30,718 nucleotides of DNA from a virus (taxonomy: Duplodnaviria; Caudoviricetes), in IMG/VR virus record IMGVR_UViG_3300025671_000322, positions 1 through 30,718 of that record. The stretch is one strand, 5' to 3'. The translations under genes and the position numbers were made by a program. This document shows positions 18,402 through 27,215 of this stretch, in pieces. Numbering within the stretch: position 1 is the stretch's first letter; every line of letters begins with the position of its first letter. The notes under the pieces were generated by a model. The model was not told where the DNA came from and did not search any database. It saw only the letters and a list, made by a program, of their open reading frames with translations.

Positions 18402-19535
18402 TTAACTATTTTTAAAAGGTTTTTTAATTACTAATCTACTACTGCGATTCTCATCTATAACCCTTATGCCTGGCCCTTCCTTCGGTGTTGGTGTTGGAGC
18501 CTGTCTAGTCATATTTATATTTTTAGACTGTTTAGACACATCACCTACCGCATCCGATTTTCCTTTATCATAAAAGTACTTAGCGAACTTGTCTGGGTTC
18601 ATAGCAACGGACATAGCTTTATGAAAAGACTCAGCATCTTTTAAGTATCCATCTTGGTCAATATACTTCGATAAGAAGTTCATAACGCTAGATTGATCCT
18701 TTTTTAGAGTGTCTACATCACTTGGTCTGTATAACAACTTGTTGTTTTCTTCGACATTGAATCCGAAACCTTCGAATTTATCGTTAAACAATTCATTTGT
18801 TTTTTCAGAAAAGTAATTAGATCTCTTCTTTTGCTCCTCTTCATATTGAGCCTCGCTTTCTTTTTGCTTCCTGTAAGCTTCATAAGCATCCCTTTCTTCC
18901 TTTGGAACAACTGACTCCCTTGACTCAAGTGGAACCTTATATTGTTCTTTCTGGTCGTTAAAATACTTCTTAGCTTTAGCAAGCTCTTTTTTCTTCGCTA
19001 CTTGCTTCTTTTTAATATCTTTTTCATCATCAAAATCTGAATCATAAGCAAACTTTGAATCTAATTCAAATCTTAAGTCATCATCATCTAACTCTGAATT
19101 TTGATCTTTATAGTAGTCAAGCAACAAAGCATCTTGGTCCATATTATCATAGTCTTTACTTAATCTCATAAAGTCATTGATATTACGACCTGTCTCTTTT
19201 TTGTACTTCAAGAAGGCAGCTACATCTTCAGGTAGTTCTTCATTTTTTTCTCTCTGTTCGAACAACTCATCTAATGAGTTTATCTCCTTGTTGTACCTAT
19301 TCTTAATATGTGAAAGAACGTGTTCGTCATTTATTTCTGGAGTACTTATCTTCGGTTCTTCTGAAACAACAGTTTCTTCTGTAACCGTTTTACCCTCATC
19401 TCCTTCTGAAGTGACCTCTTTAGTAGGTTCAGCTCCAGTTTGTTTTTCTTCGTGCTCCTTAATTAATTTTTCTTCAATCTCAGCTTTTGACTTTTCTTCA
19501 AAATCAACAGCCTTTACTGTTATTTTATTTTCCAT
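18402..19535 (-). CDS. Putative scaffolding protein (377 aa)
   Basis: Highly Glu/Asp/Lys-rich and coiled-coil-like; lies between portal and MCP. Confidence 0.65.
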   Translation of the reverse strand: MENKITVKAVDFEEKSKAEIEEKLIKEHEEKQTGAEPTKEVTSEGDEGKTVTEETVVSEEPKISTPEINDEHVLSHIKNRYNKEINSLDELFEQREKNEELPEDVAAFLKYKKETGRNINDFMRLSKDYDNMDQDALLLDYYKDQNSELDDDDLRFELDSKFAYDSDFDDEKDIKKKQVAKKKELAKAKKYFNDQKEQYKVPLESRESVVPKEERDAYEAYRKQKESEAQYEEEQKKRSNYFSEKTNELFNDKFEGFGFNVEENNKLLYRPSDVDTLKKDQSSVMNFLSKYIDQDGYLKDAESFHKAMSVAMNPDKFAKYFYDKGKSDAVGDVSKQSKNINMTRQAPTPTPKEGPGIRVIDENRSSRLVIKKPFKNS

Positions 19536-19553
19536 TAGATTATATTTTAATTA

Positions 19554-19561
19554 CAAAGTTA
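19554..19561 (-). promoter_or_regulatory. Bacteroidota-type -7 promoter element (TAACTTTG) for scaffold-MCP
   Basis: TAnnTTTG followed by TAA in the portal-scaffold intergenic gap. Confidence 0.65.
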
Positions 19562-19578
19562 ATAATTTTTTATATTCT

Positions 19579-22011
19579 TTATCTAGGCTCAAACTCCTCT
19601 AAAGAAAAACCATCCAGACTATCTTCATTACTCTCAAAATTCATTGGAGGAAGATTGTTCTTTCTTTGGTTAATTAAGTCTGACTGCCTACTAGCCTGCA
19701 AATCTACTCTTCTGTCTTTAGCTTTTTCTTTTTCATCTTCTCTATTTTTTAGAGATTTAGCTTGTGCCTGGTTAAGAGTCATGTTGTATTGGAACTCTTG
19801 ATCCATCAATTGACGTTTAAGATCAGCTTCTGCTTGCATTTGCTGAACAGCAAATTGCATCTCAGCTTGTCGTATCTGTATTTTTGATTGAGTTTCCATT
19901 TGAACAAGTTGAGCTTTAGATTCGGCAGCAGCTTGCTGAGATTGTATATTACTCTGCATTTGCATTCTGAACTCCATCTCTTTCTGTTTCTTCTGATCCT
20001 CAATTCTTTTCTTACGCTTAACTTTTAACAGCTCATTAGCAAGCTTGATATTATTAACCATTCGGATATCAATAGCATCTTCCAAATCAATGGTTTGTTG
20101 CTGAAGTGCGATTTGTATATTCGCTTCAAGGCGTTGTCTTTCTTCTTCATCAGGCTCTAGCTCTATAAAAATTCCAAAATCGTGCAAATACAAATCTTTT
20201 ATGTCATTTAGTATTTCAACATTATACTTTCCAATCTGCATGGCAAATTCTTCAGCAAAATCTGCATATTCTAATATATCAGCAACTCTCAAAGATATAC
20301 ACTCTGCCATTCTCTTTGTTACATTAAGACCACCTCTAAGGATATGTCTAGTTGCTGTATTGCTATTTAATGCCGCTAACTTTTGTACACCTACTAAAGC
20401 ATCAGGATCTGGAGTAGAGGCATCTCTAGCTTCATTTATACCTGTTACATTTCTTATCATATTAAGATTATAGTTGTATACGTTTATTAACGCACTCATC
20501 TTAGCCTGACCGTTGTTTGTGTTTAGTTCCTGTATAGGTATTCTAGCATTATTAAATTCACCATCTTGAGTGTAGCTCCTACCAATAATACTACCAGTTT
20601 GAAAGTATAACTTTAATGCATCCTCTGGATTGTATGCTGCTCCTGTTCCAAGATCAACTTCATTAATTCCATCAGCATCTATAAATACACCGTCAGGAAC
20701 AACTCTAGCCATTACCTGCTGAAGTTTTAAGTGTGTCAGTTGTATCTGGTCAGCAAAGGGTATCATTCTTCGAACTAAAGACTCTATATTGCCTTTATAC
20801 ATTCTAGGTGAATATGCTATATAGTTTGGTAGAGCTTTTTGAGTAGCAGACTTAGGTCTCACCATGTTTTCCATCATTTGCCACTGAATCATTATGTTTG
20901 TTCCAGCAACAAGGATACCTTCATACCATGTATCCCTAACAGCCTCTATTCTTTCAAACATCATGCCTTCTTCCATAGGAGGATTGAAGTTTTCATCTTT
21001 TTGAATAACCCTTTCTCCTCCGTTTTCAAGTAGTTTCTTTTTCCAAACAAAACGCATATCCGTTTTATAGTTGAAATATAATAATGTAACTACCTCATTT
21101 AAAAACGCATCGTCTTGATATTGTCTTATTATAGGAAAATGATCGTACCATGCAGAACTTGAATTTTTGATTTCTTGAAGTTCCTCTTTAGTTAGATTTG
21201 GATTTATCTTTAAGAGCTCTGTATAATGAACCTGTTTTACTTCTCCAAAATAATAACAATCAGAAAAATCATTTTTCTCTGTATAACTATGAATCCAATT
21301 TGCTGGATCAACATATTCTATTTTTACACCATCATTAGATAAAAAAGTATGCCTAAGAACTCCAACGCCTAATGTTGTCATGTCATAGTCAAACAACCTT
21401 TTTGTTTCTATATAGTCATTCATCTTAAATATAGTATCTATAGCTACTTCCTCAGCTATCTCTATAGATGGTTTATATTTAAGTTGCATGTATAATGATA
21501 GTTCTTGCTCATCTTCAGGTAAATCGTCTGGATTTACATTGTATGCATCGATACCGTATTGTTCTTTTGTGAGCTCCAAAAAATCTTTAGCAATCATATC
21601 AGCTTCTATCATGTCTTGGAATAGACTTTTCTTTTCTGCGGACATTACATCTTGAGCTTCAGCTTTTACCTTAAACAAACGGTCATTCATACCGTTAACG
21701 ACAATATCTACGAATTTAGGAATAATAGGTACAGGAGTCCAGTCAAGATTTAGCATTGACATATCGCCATTAATAGCTAATTCATTTTTATATTTTTGAA
21801 CAGGCTGTTCACCTCTAGCATAAAGTCTTAGTCGGTGGTACTCTCCCCACTGGTCATAAAACCTACATGTATTGTTTTTCCTCTTGAACCATTCACCCTC
21901 TATGGCCTTTCCAACACTACGCCCATATTCCATTGTAAGCTTCTGCTCGTCAGGAACAAGGGCATTAGGAAACTGTCCTGGGTAAATTACTACTGACGGT
22001 TTACTTTGCAT
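19579..22011 (-). CDS. Portal protein (810 aa)
   Basis: Directly follows the terminase (TAATG overlap). PIIPKFVDIVVNGM, SLV.RMIPFADQIQ and IR.VTGINEARD motifs, plus a long Gln-rich C-terminal coiled coil as in P22-type and crAss-like portals. Confidence 0.85.
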   Translation of the reverse strand: MQSKPSVVIYPGQFPNALVPDEQKLTMEYGRSVGKAIEGEWFKRKNNTCRFYDQWGEYHRLRLYARGEQPVQKYKNELAINGDMSMLNLDWTPVPIIPKFVDIVVNGMNDRLFKVKAEAQDVMSAEKKSLFQDMIEADMIAKDFLELTKEQYGIDAYNVNPDDLPEDEQELSLYMQLKYKPSIEIAEEVAIDTIFKMNDYIETKRLFDYDMTTLGVGVLRHTFLSNDGVKIEYVDPANWIHSYTEKNDFSDCYYFGEVKQVHYTELLKINPNLTKEELQEIKNSSSAWYDHFPIIRQYQDDAFLNEVVTLLYFNYKTDMRFVWKKKLLENGGERVIQKDENFNPPMEEGMMFERIEAVRDTWYEGILVAGTNIMIQWQMMENMVRPKSATQKALPNYIAYSPRMYKGNIESLVRRMIPFADQIQLTHLKLQQVMARVVPDGVFIDADGINEVDLGTGAAYNPEDALKLYFQTGSIIGRSYTQDGEFNNARIPIQELNTNNGQAKMSALINVYNYNLNMIRNVTGINEARDASTPDPDALVGVQKLAALNSNTATRHILRGGLNVTKRMAECISLRVADILEYADFAEEFAMQIGKYNVEILNDIKDLYLHDFGIFIELEPDEEERQRLEANIQIALQQQTIDLEDAIDIRMVNNIKLANELLKVKRKKRIEDQKKQKEMEFRMQMQSNIQSQQAAAESKAQLVQMETQSKIQIRQAEMQFAVQQMQAEADLKRQLMDQEFQYNMTLNQAQAKSLKNREDEKEKAKDRRVDLQASRQSDLINQRKNNLPPMNFESNEDSLDGFSLEEFEPR

Positions 22012-24230
22012 TATTTAATTATTTGGCTCCTATTACCACTATTGTCGTATCTTACAAATTTAATACTTATTTTTGATTCTTTAACTTCAGGGGTAAACAT
22101 ATATCTTTTTATAGCCATTAACGCAAGTCCAGAACTTATTGTAGCATCATGTTTTGTTCTATTACTTATATCAAACCTAGCCCAATCTTCAAGAGTTCTA
22201 CTAAAATACATTGACCCTATAACATCAGGATCTCTATATGTGCCTTCAACATCAAACCCAACATGCTCTTCTATATATGTATTTATAACAGAAGCATGAG
22301 CTTGTCTGACATCTTCGGATGAATTTGGTATTCCTCCTATCTCTATTTCTGTTTTTGATAATCTATTTTTATGTTTGTCAGGTCTATTCATTGAATATCC
22401 TCTATATCCTCTATTTTTAAAATGATATAAAAGTCTAGCTTTGTTATTCTCTGCAAGTATTGGCATGCCATAAAACACACATGCCATTAGAACATCTTCA
22501 AAAAATATCTCTGCTGTCTGCGGTCTTGCTATATATTCAAGAAAGAACTCATTCGTTGGAGCTTCTTCCATATGAAACGAAGTAACGCCATGCAAAGCAC
22601 CATTAGAGCCTCCACCACCAACGACACCAGAAATATCATAAGGGTCACATCCAAAAGCTCCCAACGCTTCATTTCCTGGATAAAACTTTCCATTTCTATT
22701 TATTTTTTTATTTCTTAGCCTTTTGTCAGGTATCCAAGATACAAGAAATCTTCCTTTTGGATCTGGTGTCCAAATAACCTCTGTATCTTTCTCTCCATTC
22801 TTCCAGTGAAAATAACCTCTTGTTAATACCTTTTCTTTTATTAGAGAGTCATTATAATCTATTTGCTGGTATATCTTAGTCAAATTAAACAAAGATCGCT
22901 TAGACTCATCTCTAAATGCATGAGACTCTGTTCTTGGATATTGTCTATAAAATTCGTTTAAAGCATCAGCATCAGATTTTAAGGCTTCTACCTCATTTTT
23001 CCACCAAGTTATAACACCTTGAGTTATCATTTCTCCATCAATACCCTTAACTGGTTTAGATGGATCCTCAAATACTGGATGGCCATACTCGTCTATATAC
23101 CCTTCAACATTCCATTCCATAGGAATAAATAAAGAATATAAACCACTTTTAGTTTGTCCATTTGCAGATCTTTTTTCAGGCAGACTATCGTTATATAAAT
23201 CTTTAAAGTTCTGCCCTCCTTTGGGTAATGCATTTGATGTTGAACCCATCATACATTTTCCAACAACCCTAGCACCTAACCGTAGACATGTCTTTGTTAC
23301 TCTCCAGTTGTTTAATATATTTTCAGGCTTCTCCCACTTACCACTTTCATCGTGTACTAATAACAATAGCTTCTCTCCATCATAACTATTGTCAGCTGTG
23401 TTCTTCCAGTCAATAGTAGTGTCAAGTCCTTGTATATCATCAGTCTTTTCTTCATCCATATTCCTCCTAGTGATCTTACTAGCTGGAACCCTAAATGCCA
23501 ACTCAGTCTTTGGGTTATCCATACCGTCCTGTATAGGCTTAAAAAAGAATGGATAATTCCTGACTATAGGCACAACCTTATCGGTAAACATCTTTTTAGC
23601 ATCACTACCAGTCTTTGATAGTATACCTATCCTGGAGTCTCTAACAATAGTACCAGTGTTACATGCCTCAGATGAAGCCATGAATGAAAAACCAGAACGC
23701 CTGTTCTTTAGGTAACACATTCCAAACGCTCTTTTGTCAGCCTTACATGCCTCCCAATATATATAGAAAATTCTATTTGATTCTCTAAATTCAGGTAGTC
23801 CTATATCTATTTTGGTCCATTGCAAATAAACATAATGAGCACCTGTCATATATGTTGGTTTACCATTATTCATAAACCAATGTCCACCATCCCTTCTGTC
23901 AAACTCTCTTTCTATGAGATCAACATATTTTGACTTAAACTCATTATCTTTCCTGTTCCAATCAAATACTGTTTTAAGTTTTTTTAACTCTTGAGGATAT
24001 TCTTCTGGCAACCATTTGTTTTGTTTGTCGTCTATATTGCTAGGCGTTAACGGTAGAGCTATTTTAACATTATTTATATTATATATTTCGCCAATAGTAC
24101 CGTCTTTAGATATTACAACAATATCATATTTCTCATCATACCCATACTCCCATTTTTTGTTATTGTTTCTATATGTTAATGCCTGTATAGGTACATGATT
24201 TTCAACGATATTGTATAGACTATTTTCCAC
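22011..24230 (-). CDS. terL: Terminase large subunit (about 739 aa from GTG 24230; track start 24266)
   Basis: Walker A-like LKNRRSGFS, Walker B LLLVHDESGK, coupling motif GSTSN, nuclease acidic motifs GCDPYD and HDATISSGLA. GTG 24230 overlaps the stop of the upstream gene and is the likelier start. Confidence 0.9.
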   Translation of the reverse strand: MENSLYNIVENHVPIQALTYRNNNKKWEYGYDEKYDIVVISKDGTIGEIYNINNVKIALPLTPSNIDDKQNKWLPEEYPQELKKLKTVFDWNRKDNEFKSKYVDLIEREFDRRDGGHWFMNNGKPTYMTGAHYVYLQWTKIDIGLPEFRESNRIFYIYWEACKADKRAFGMCYLKNRRSGFSFMASSEACNTGTIVRDSRIGILSKTGSDAKKMFTDKVVPIVRNYPFFFKPIQDGMDNPKTELAFRVPASKITRRNMDEEKTDDIQGLDTTIDWKNTADNSYDGEKLLLLVHDESGKWEKPENILNNWRVTKTCLRLGARVVGKCMMGSTSNALPKGGQNFKDLYNDSLPEKRSANGQTKSGLYSLFIPMEWNVEGYIDEYGHPVFEDPSKPVKGIDGEMITQGVITWWKNEVEALKSDADALNEFYRQYPRTESHAFRDESKRSLFNLTKIYQQIDYNDSLIKEKVLTRGYFHWKNGEKDTEVIWTPDPKGRFLVSWIPDKRLRNKKINRNGKFYPGNEALGAFGCDPYDISGVVGGGGSNGALHGVTSFHMEEAPTNEFFLEYIARPQTAEIFFEDVLMACVFYGMPILAENNKARLLYHFKNRGYRGYSMNRPDKHKNRLSKTEIEIGGIPNSSEDVRQAHASVINTYIEEHVGFDVEGTYRDPDVIGSMYFSRTLEDWARFDISNRTKHDATISSGLALMAIKRYMFTPEVKESKISIKFVRYDNSGNRSQIIK
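22055..22062 (-). promoter_or_regulatory. Possible -7 promoter element (TAAATTTG) upstream of the portal, inside the terL 3' end
   Basis: TAnnTTTG followed by TAA, about 44 nt before the portal ATG. Confidence 0.45.
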
Positions 24231-24489
24231 CTTTAGCTCTTCCTTCTGCAAAACCTTTATTTCCAATAGTCACCTCAACAGCTGGTTTCTGTTCATTCTC
24301 TTCTTGCTCAATCTTTTGAAGCATAGATAATGCATCTTCAAAAGCTAATCTCTTAGCTGAAGCAGCATTCTTTAATTTATCAGCTGTCACATCTGCCTCC
24401 ATATGTGTTATTATAGGCTCTTTTAGCACTTTTATAAGTTCATCTATAGCAACTTTTGCAGCTTCAAGTATTTCTATTTTTTTAGACAT
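24220..24489 (-). CDS. Putative terminase small subunit (89 aa)
   Basis: Small helical protein overlapping the terL start. Assignment from position only. Confidence 0.45.
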   Translation of the reverse strand: MSKKIEILEAAKVAIDELIKVLKEPIITHMEADVTADKLKNAASAKRLAFEDALSMLQKIEQEENEQKPAVEVTIGNKGFAEGRAKGGK

Positions 24490-25034
24490 ATGTTCCTGTT
24501 ATACATTCTATATAAAATCTCATTGTTTATATTGAACTCATATTCACTATCTGGAGTAAACGAAATAAGATCACCCTCAGATGTCTCTGGCAGATCTTTA
24601 TTACTAAAGACCAGCTCCCCCCAAAGCTCTTCTAGTCCCGATGTCGAACTGAACATTTTATCTTCAGAGGGGATGGGTCTTACAAAACAATATGGAGAAG
24701 GAGCTTCCCATAATTTATTATCACTTGAATATAAATATATTTGTTCCTTCTCTACAATAAAAAAGTCATCCATTAAATGATGCCAACTGCTCTTTAATCT
24801 TCCCTTCATGTCATAGTAAAACTTAAATACATTATGATGAACAACAACACTATCGCCAGCCTTTATTGGACCATCATAATATATAGGTGTAGACACAACA
24901 GTAGCAAATCTGTTAGATATCTTATGATCTTCCTGAGAAGAGCTTATGATAAATTCCTTACCCTCGTAATTTCTTATGTTATCATATCTCCTCCCATCAG
25001 CAGCTTTTATTATAAAGCAGTATGGGGACTTCAT
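24474..25034 (-). CDS. GroES-like co-chaperonin with two tandem GroES-like units (186 aa)
   Basis: Internal repeat: SPYCFIIK...ATVVSTP...IKAGDSVVV...IVEKEQI versus SPYCFVRP...GELVFS...SEGDLISF...EYEFNINNEILYRMYNRNI, matching the GroES strand pattern. Confidence 0.55.
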   Translation of the reverse strand: MKSPYCFIIKAADGRRYDNIRNYEGKEFIISSSQEDHKISNRFATVVSTPIYYDGPIKAGDSVVVHHNVFKFYYDMKGRLKSSWHHLMDDFFIVEKEQIYLYSSDNKLWEAPSPYCFVRPIPSEDKMFSSTSGLEELWGELVFSNKDLPETSEGDLISFTPDSEYEFNINNEILYRMYNRNICLKK

Positions 25035-25253
25035 TTAAAAATCTATTTTATATTCAAGAGATACAGGCATAGATATAGAGAAGTTCTTCCAGCAAACAAT
25101 CTCGTCATCCTTCTTTATCCACACCTGATAACCATCAGAATTTACTTTTATGTCATGTATAACATACTGTTTATTTAAGACAGGCTGTCCAACAGTATAG
25201 TTCATACAGTTCATATAGTCTGGACCGACAGCTATCTTTCTAATTATATTCAC
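25035..25253 (-). CDS. Hypothetical protein (72 aa)
   Basis: GTG-start ORF overlapping the upstream gene and abutting the downstream ATG. Confidence 0.65.
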   Translation of the reverse strand: MNIIRKIAVGPDYMNCMNYTVGQPVLNKQYVIHDIKVNSDGYQVWIKKDDEIVCWKNFSISMPVSLEYKIDF

Positions 25254-25476
25254 CTGTTGCTAGATTAATATTGTTTGCCTTATACTTCTCTTGTATTTCA
25301 GACTGAAGTTTAGATAAGTCGTGTGCGGCAATTTCAAGATTTGTTAGTGTAGTGGTCTTTTGACTTTTTAATCGCTCGAATGTCATTTCTATATCAGCGA
25401 TTTCGAATTTTAAGTCTCTATACCTTCTGTTTGACTCGACAAGTTTATCGAGATCTTTTTGATCTAATTTATTCAT
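25240..25476 (-). CDS. Hypothetical coiled-coil protein (78 aa)
   Basis: A-rich leader, promoter motif upstream, heptad-like helical sequence. Confidence 0.7.
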   Translation of the reverse strand: MNKLDQKDLDKLVESNRRYRDLKFEIADIEMTFERLKSQKTTTLTNLEIAAHDLSKLQSEIQEKYKANNINLATGEYN

Positions 25477-25495
25477 TTTATTTTATTTTTAATTA

Positions 25496-25503
25496 CAAAT
25501 ATA
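25496..25503 (-). promoter_or_regulatory. Bacteroidota-type -7 promoter element (TATATTTG) heading the packaging operon
   Basis: TAnnTTTG followed by TAA, about 20 nt upstream of ATG 25476. Confidence 0.65.
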
Positions 25504-25510
25504 CAGTTTT

Positions 25511-25710
25511 TTAAGGTACGTCTGTTACTTCAAATTGAGTAGGCTCTCCTATTCTGCATTATCACTTGACCTCCTTACCCTTATTGAATTACCTGTATAA
25601 TCTGTTCTTAATTTACGCAAAGAATAAGCTACTGCGGCATTTGGATAATCGTCTAAAAGTAAATTAACTCCTCCGCTTAGTTGTAATATAGATCTATAGT
25701 GATCACTCAT
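25511..25710 (-). pseudogene. Truncated lectin-type adhesin gene (53 aa, 25710-25549) joined to a probable remnant of a small partner gene
   Basis: MSDHYRSILQLSGGVNLLLDDYPNAAVAYSLRKLRTDYTGNSIRVRRSSDNAE then TAG. The start is coupled by TAATG to the upstream gene. Another frame reads IGEPTQFEVTDVP-TAA (25552-25511). Confidence 0.6.
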
Positions 25711-26108
25711 TATCCAGCAACTATCCAGTATTCAACTCTTGATCCACCACACCACTCGGCATATATTATGTTTAATGCTGAAGTTGTGTACGTGCCAGAT
25801 CCTATTAAAACCCATCCAGCTGGTACAGCTGGGGCAGAGCCGTCATTATGATATATCTTCTGTACTACACCTAGCAAAGCATCTGTTAAATCCTCAGTTA
25901 AGTCACCAGTTGCTGGAGAAGATGAAGTGTTAAATATTTTCTTGCTAGTAAAGTCAATAGCATTCCCAGTAACTGGAGTAACCCCAGCAGCCGAAAGAGT
26001 TTCTATTGTGTATACTTCTGAATATCTGTTAGATAGATTGGATTTTTTCTCTGTTGTGTCTACAAAAGAAGCTATTCCTACAAATTTTGTTCCTGAAGGT
26101 ACTCCCAT
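25710..26108 (-). CDS. Putative small structural/tail fibre-associated protein (132 aa)
   Basis: Ser/Thr/Gly-rich, beta-type sequence with an A-rich leader, within the fibre gene cluster. Confidence 0.55.
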   Translation of the reverse strand: MGVPSGTKFVGIASFVDTTEKKSNLSNRYSEVYTIETLSAAGVTPVTGNAIDFTSKKIFNTSSSPATGDLTEDLTDALLGVVQKIYHNDGSAPAVPAGWVLIGSGTYTTSALNIIYAEWCGGSRVEYWIVAG

Positions 26109-26133
26109 TTTTTTTAGTTTTTTAATTTATATA

Positions 26134-26385
26134 TTACCAGGTAGCTATAGCTACTCTTTTCCAAGTGTCAGTGGCAATACATACATATAAATAGTCAGCA
26201 TCATATGCCAACATGCCAGCAGTACCAGGATCAGATGCAGTAGTTGGGACAGTAGAAGATATGATAAAATCTTTTAATGACTCTATCGTAAAGTTTTTAG
26301 TTGCATTAGCAGCATCACTATCTGTACCTAACAATAAATCATTTAATGCTGGAAGTGCTGTAGAATATGAATTTATCTTTGCCAT
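26134..26385 (-). CDS. Small fibre-like structural protein (83 aa)
   Basis: D.LLGTD...TKNFTI.SL N-terminal motif and C-terminal PTTASDPGTAG.LAYD.DYLYVC.ATDTWKR motif, both common in phage fibre proteins. Confidence 0.6.
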   Translation of the reverse strand: MAKINSYSTALPALNDLLLGTDSDAANATKNFTIESLKDFIISSTVPTTASDPGTAGMLAYDADYLYVCIATDTWKRVAIATW

Positions 26386-26397
26386 AATTTCTTTTTA

Positions 26398-26405
26398 CAA
26401 ATATA
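26398..26405 (-). promoter_or_regulatory. Bacteroidota-type -7 promoter element (TATATTTG)
   Basis: TAnnTTTG followed by TAA, about 13 nt upstream of ATG 26385. Confidence 0.6.
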
Positions 26406-26406
26406 G

Positions 26407-26541
26407 TTATTTTCCTTGACCTCTATATGCTTTCTTATATAGCTTGCTTGTTTTTAGCTTGGACTGCTTTGTTTTTGAATGCACTCCAGGTCTTCTTACA
26501 TGCTTCTTCTCTAGCTTTTTTACTTCTTTTACCTTGCTCAT
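26407..26541 (-). CDS. Small basic protein (44 aa) ending in YRGQGK
   Basis: MSKVKEVKKLEKKHVRRPGVHSKTKQSKLKTSKLYKKAYRGQGK. ATG overlaps the endolysin TGA (ATGA) and the ORF fills the gap. Below the track's length cut-off. Confidence 0.75.
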   Translation of the reverse strand: MSKVKEVKKLEKKHVRRPGVHSKTKQSKLKTSKLYKKAYRGQGK

Positions 26542-27215
26542 AATTCACTTAACATTTTAATTATTTTTGGCTGAGGTGAAATATCACTCTTGTCTTTTCT
26601 ATAACTATTATGAGTATATACTCCAGGCTTTCCGCTCAAAGCATCTTTTGATAAATCCCACATGTTTTTCTCAATATAATCTAAAGGAATGTTATAAACT
26701 TTATTCCAATATACAAGTAACTGTCTCACTGATTCAATTTGTGCATCCGTATATGCGTGATAGTATTTTCTTCCTTTATATGGCTCATCTAATTCGCATA
26801 CTTGGTCTAAAGGAACTTCTCTATTTACATAGTTATAGAACTTATCTCCACGCTTTTCTAATGAGCCCCAGTTACATATCTCAATACCAATAGAAGTCTT
26901 GTCTAAAGGTTTATATGGTAATTCAAAAGATCTAAACACATCAGACTTCAAACCCAAATGATACGCCCAGTACTTAGAGCTAAATGCTTGAACAATCTCT
27001 CCATCATAACTGTTTTTACTACTACCTTTTCCAGATATGCAGACACAAGTAGCAATCCTGCCTCTTTTGTCATTATTCCAGTGTCTTATAGTATTGACTC
27101 CAGACGAATTACCAGCAGTGTGATGAAGGACTATTTGAGTTTTTTCATGCTTTTCTCTAATGTACTCATAATAACCAAGAGGAACCTGATTAATTTTTTT
27201 TAGATCTAATAACAT
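26538..27215 (-). CDS. Endolysin, N-acetylmuramoyl-L-alanine amidase (Amidase_2 type)
   Basis: IVLHHTAG, WAYHLG, SIGIEICNWG, YT.AQIES and YTHNSYRKDKSD motifs (Zn-amidase pattern); adjacent to the holin. Confidence 0.88.
   Translation of the reverse strand: MLLDLKKINQVPLGYYEYIREKHEKTQIVLHHTAGNSSGVNTIRHWNNDKRGRIATCVCISGKGSSKNSYDGEIVQAFSSKYWAYHLGLKSDVFRSFELPYKPLDKTSIGIEICNWGSLEKRGDKFYNYVNREVPLDQVCELDEPYKGRKYYHAYTDAQIESVRQLLVYWNKVYNIPLDYIEKNMWDLSKDALSGKPGVYTHNSYRKDKSDISPQPKIIKMLSEL

Noticed and set aside
10505-20003. Short alternative-frame minus-strand ORFs at 10505-10747, 18713-18982 and 19806-20003
   Set aside because: Each is fully nested in a larger gene and has no independent start context or motif.
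16966-24266. Introns, inteins or homing endonucleases in terminase, portal or capsid genes
   Set aside because: The ORFs are continuous, of the expected size for this phage group, and show no intein or HNH/LAGLIDADG motifs.
6113-25551. TAG-to-Gln recoding as in some crAss-like phages (TAG at 25549 falls where Gln might be expected; TAGs at 6113 and 16138 are followed in frame by the next gene)
   Set aside because: The large late genes are intact under the standard code with no internal TAG, several TAGs end genes at normal overlaps, and reading through 25549 gives only ESLLNLK-stop.
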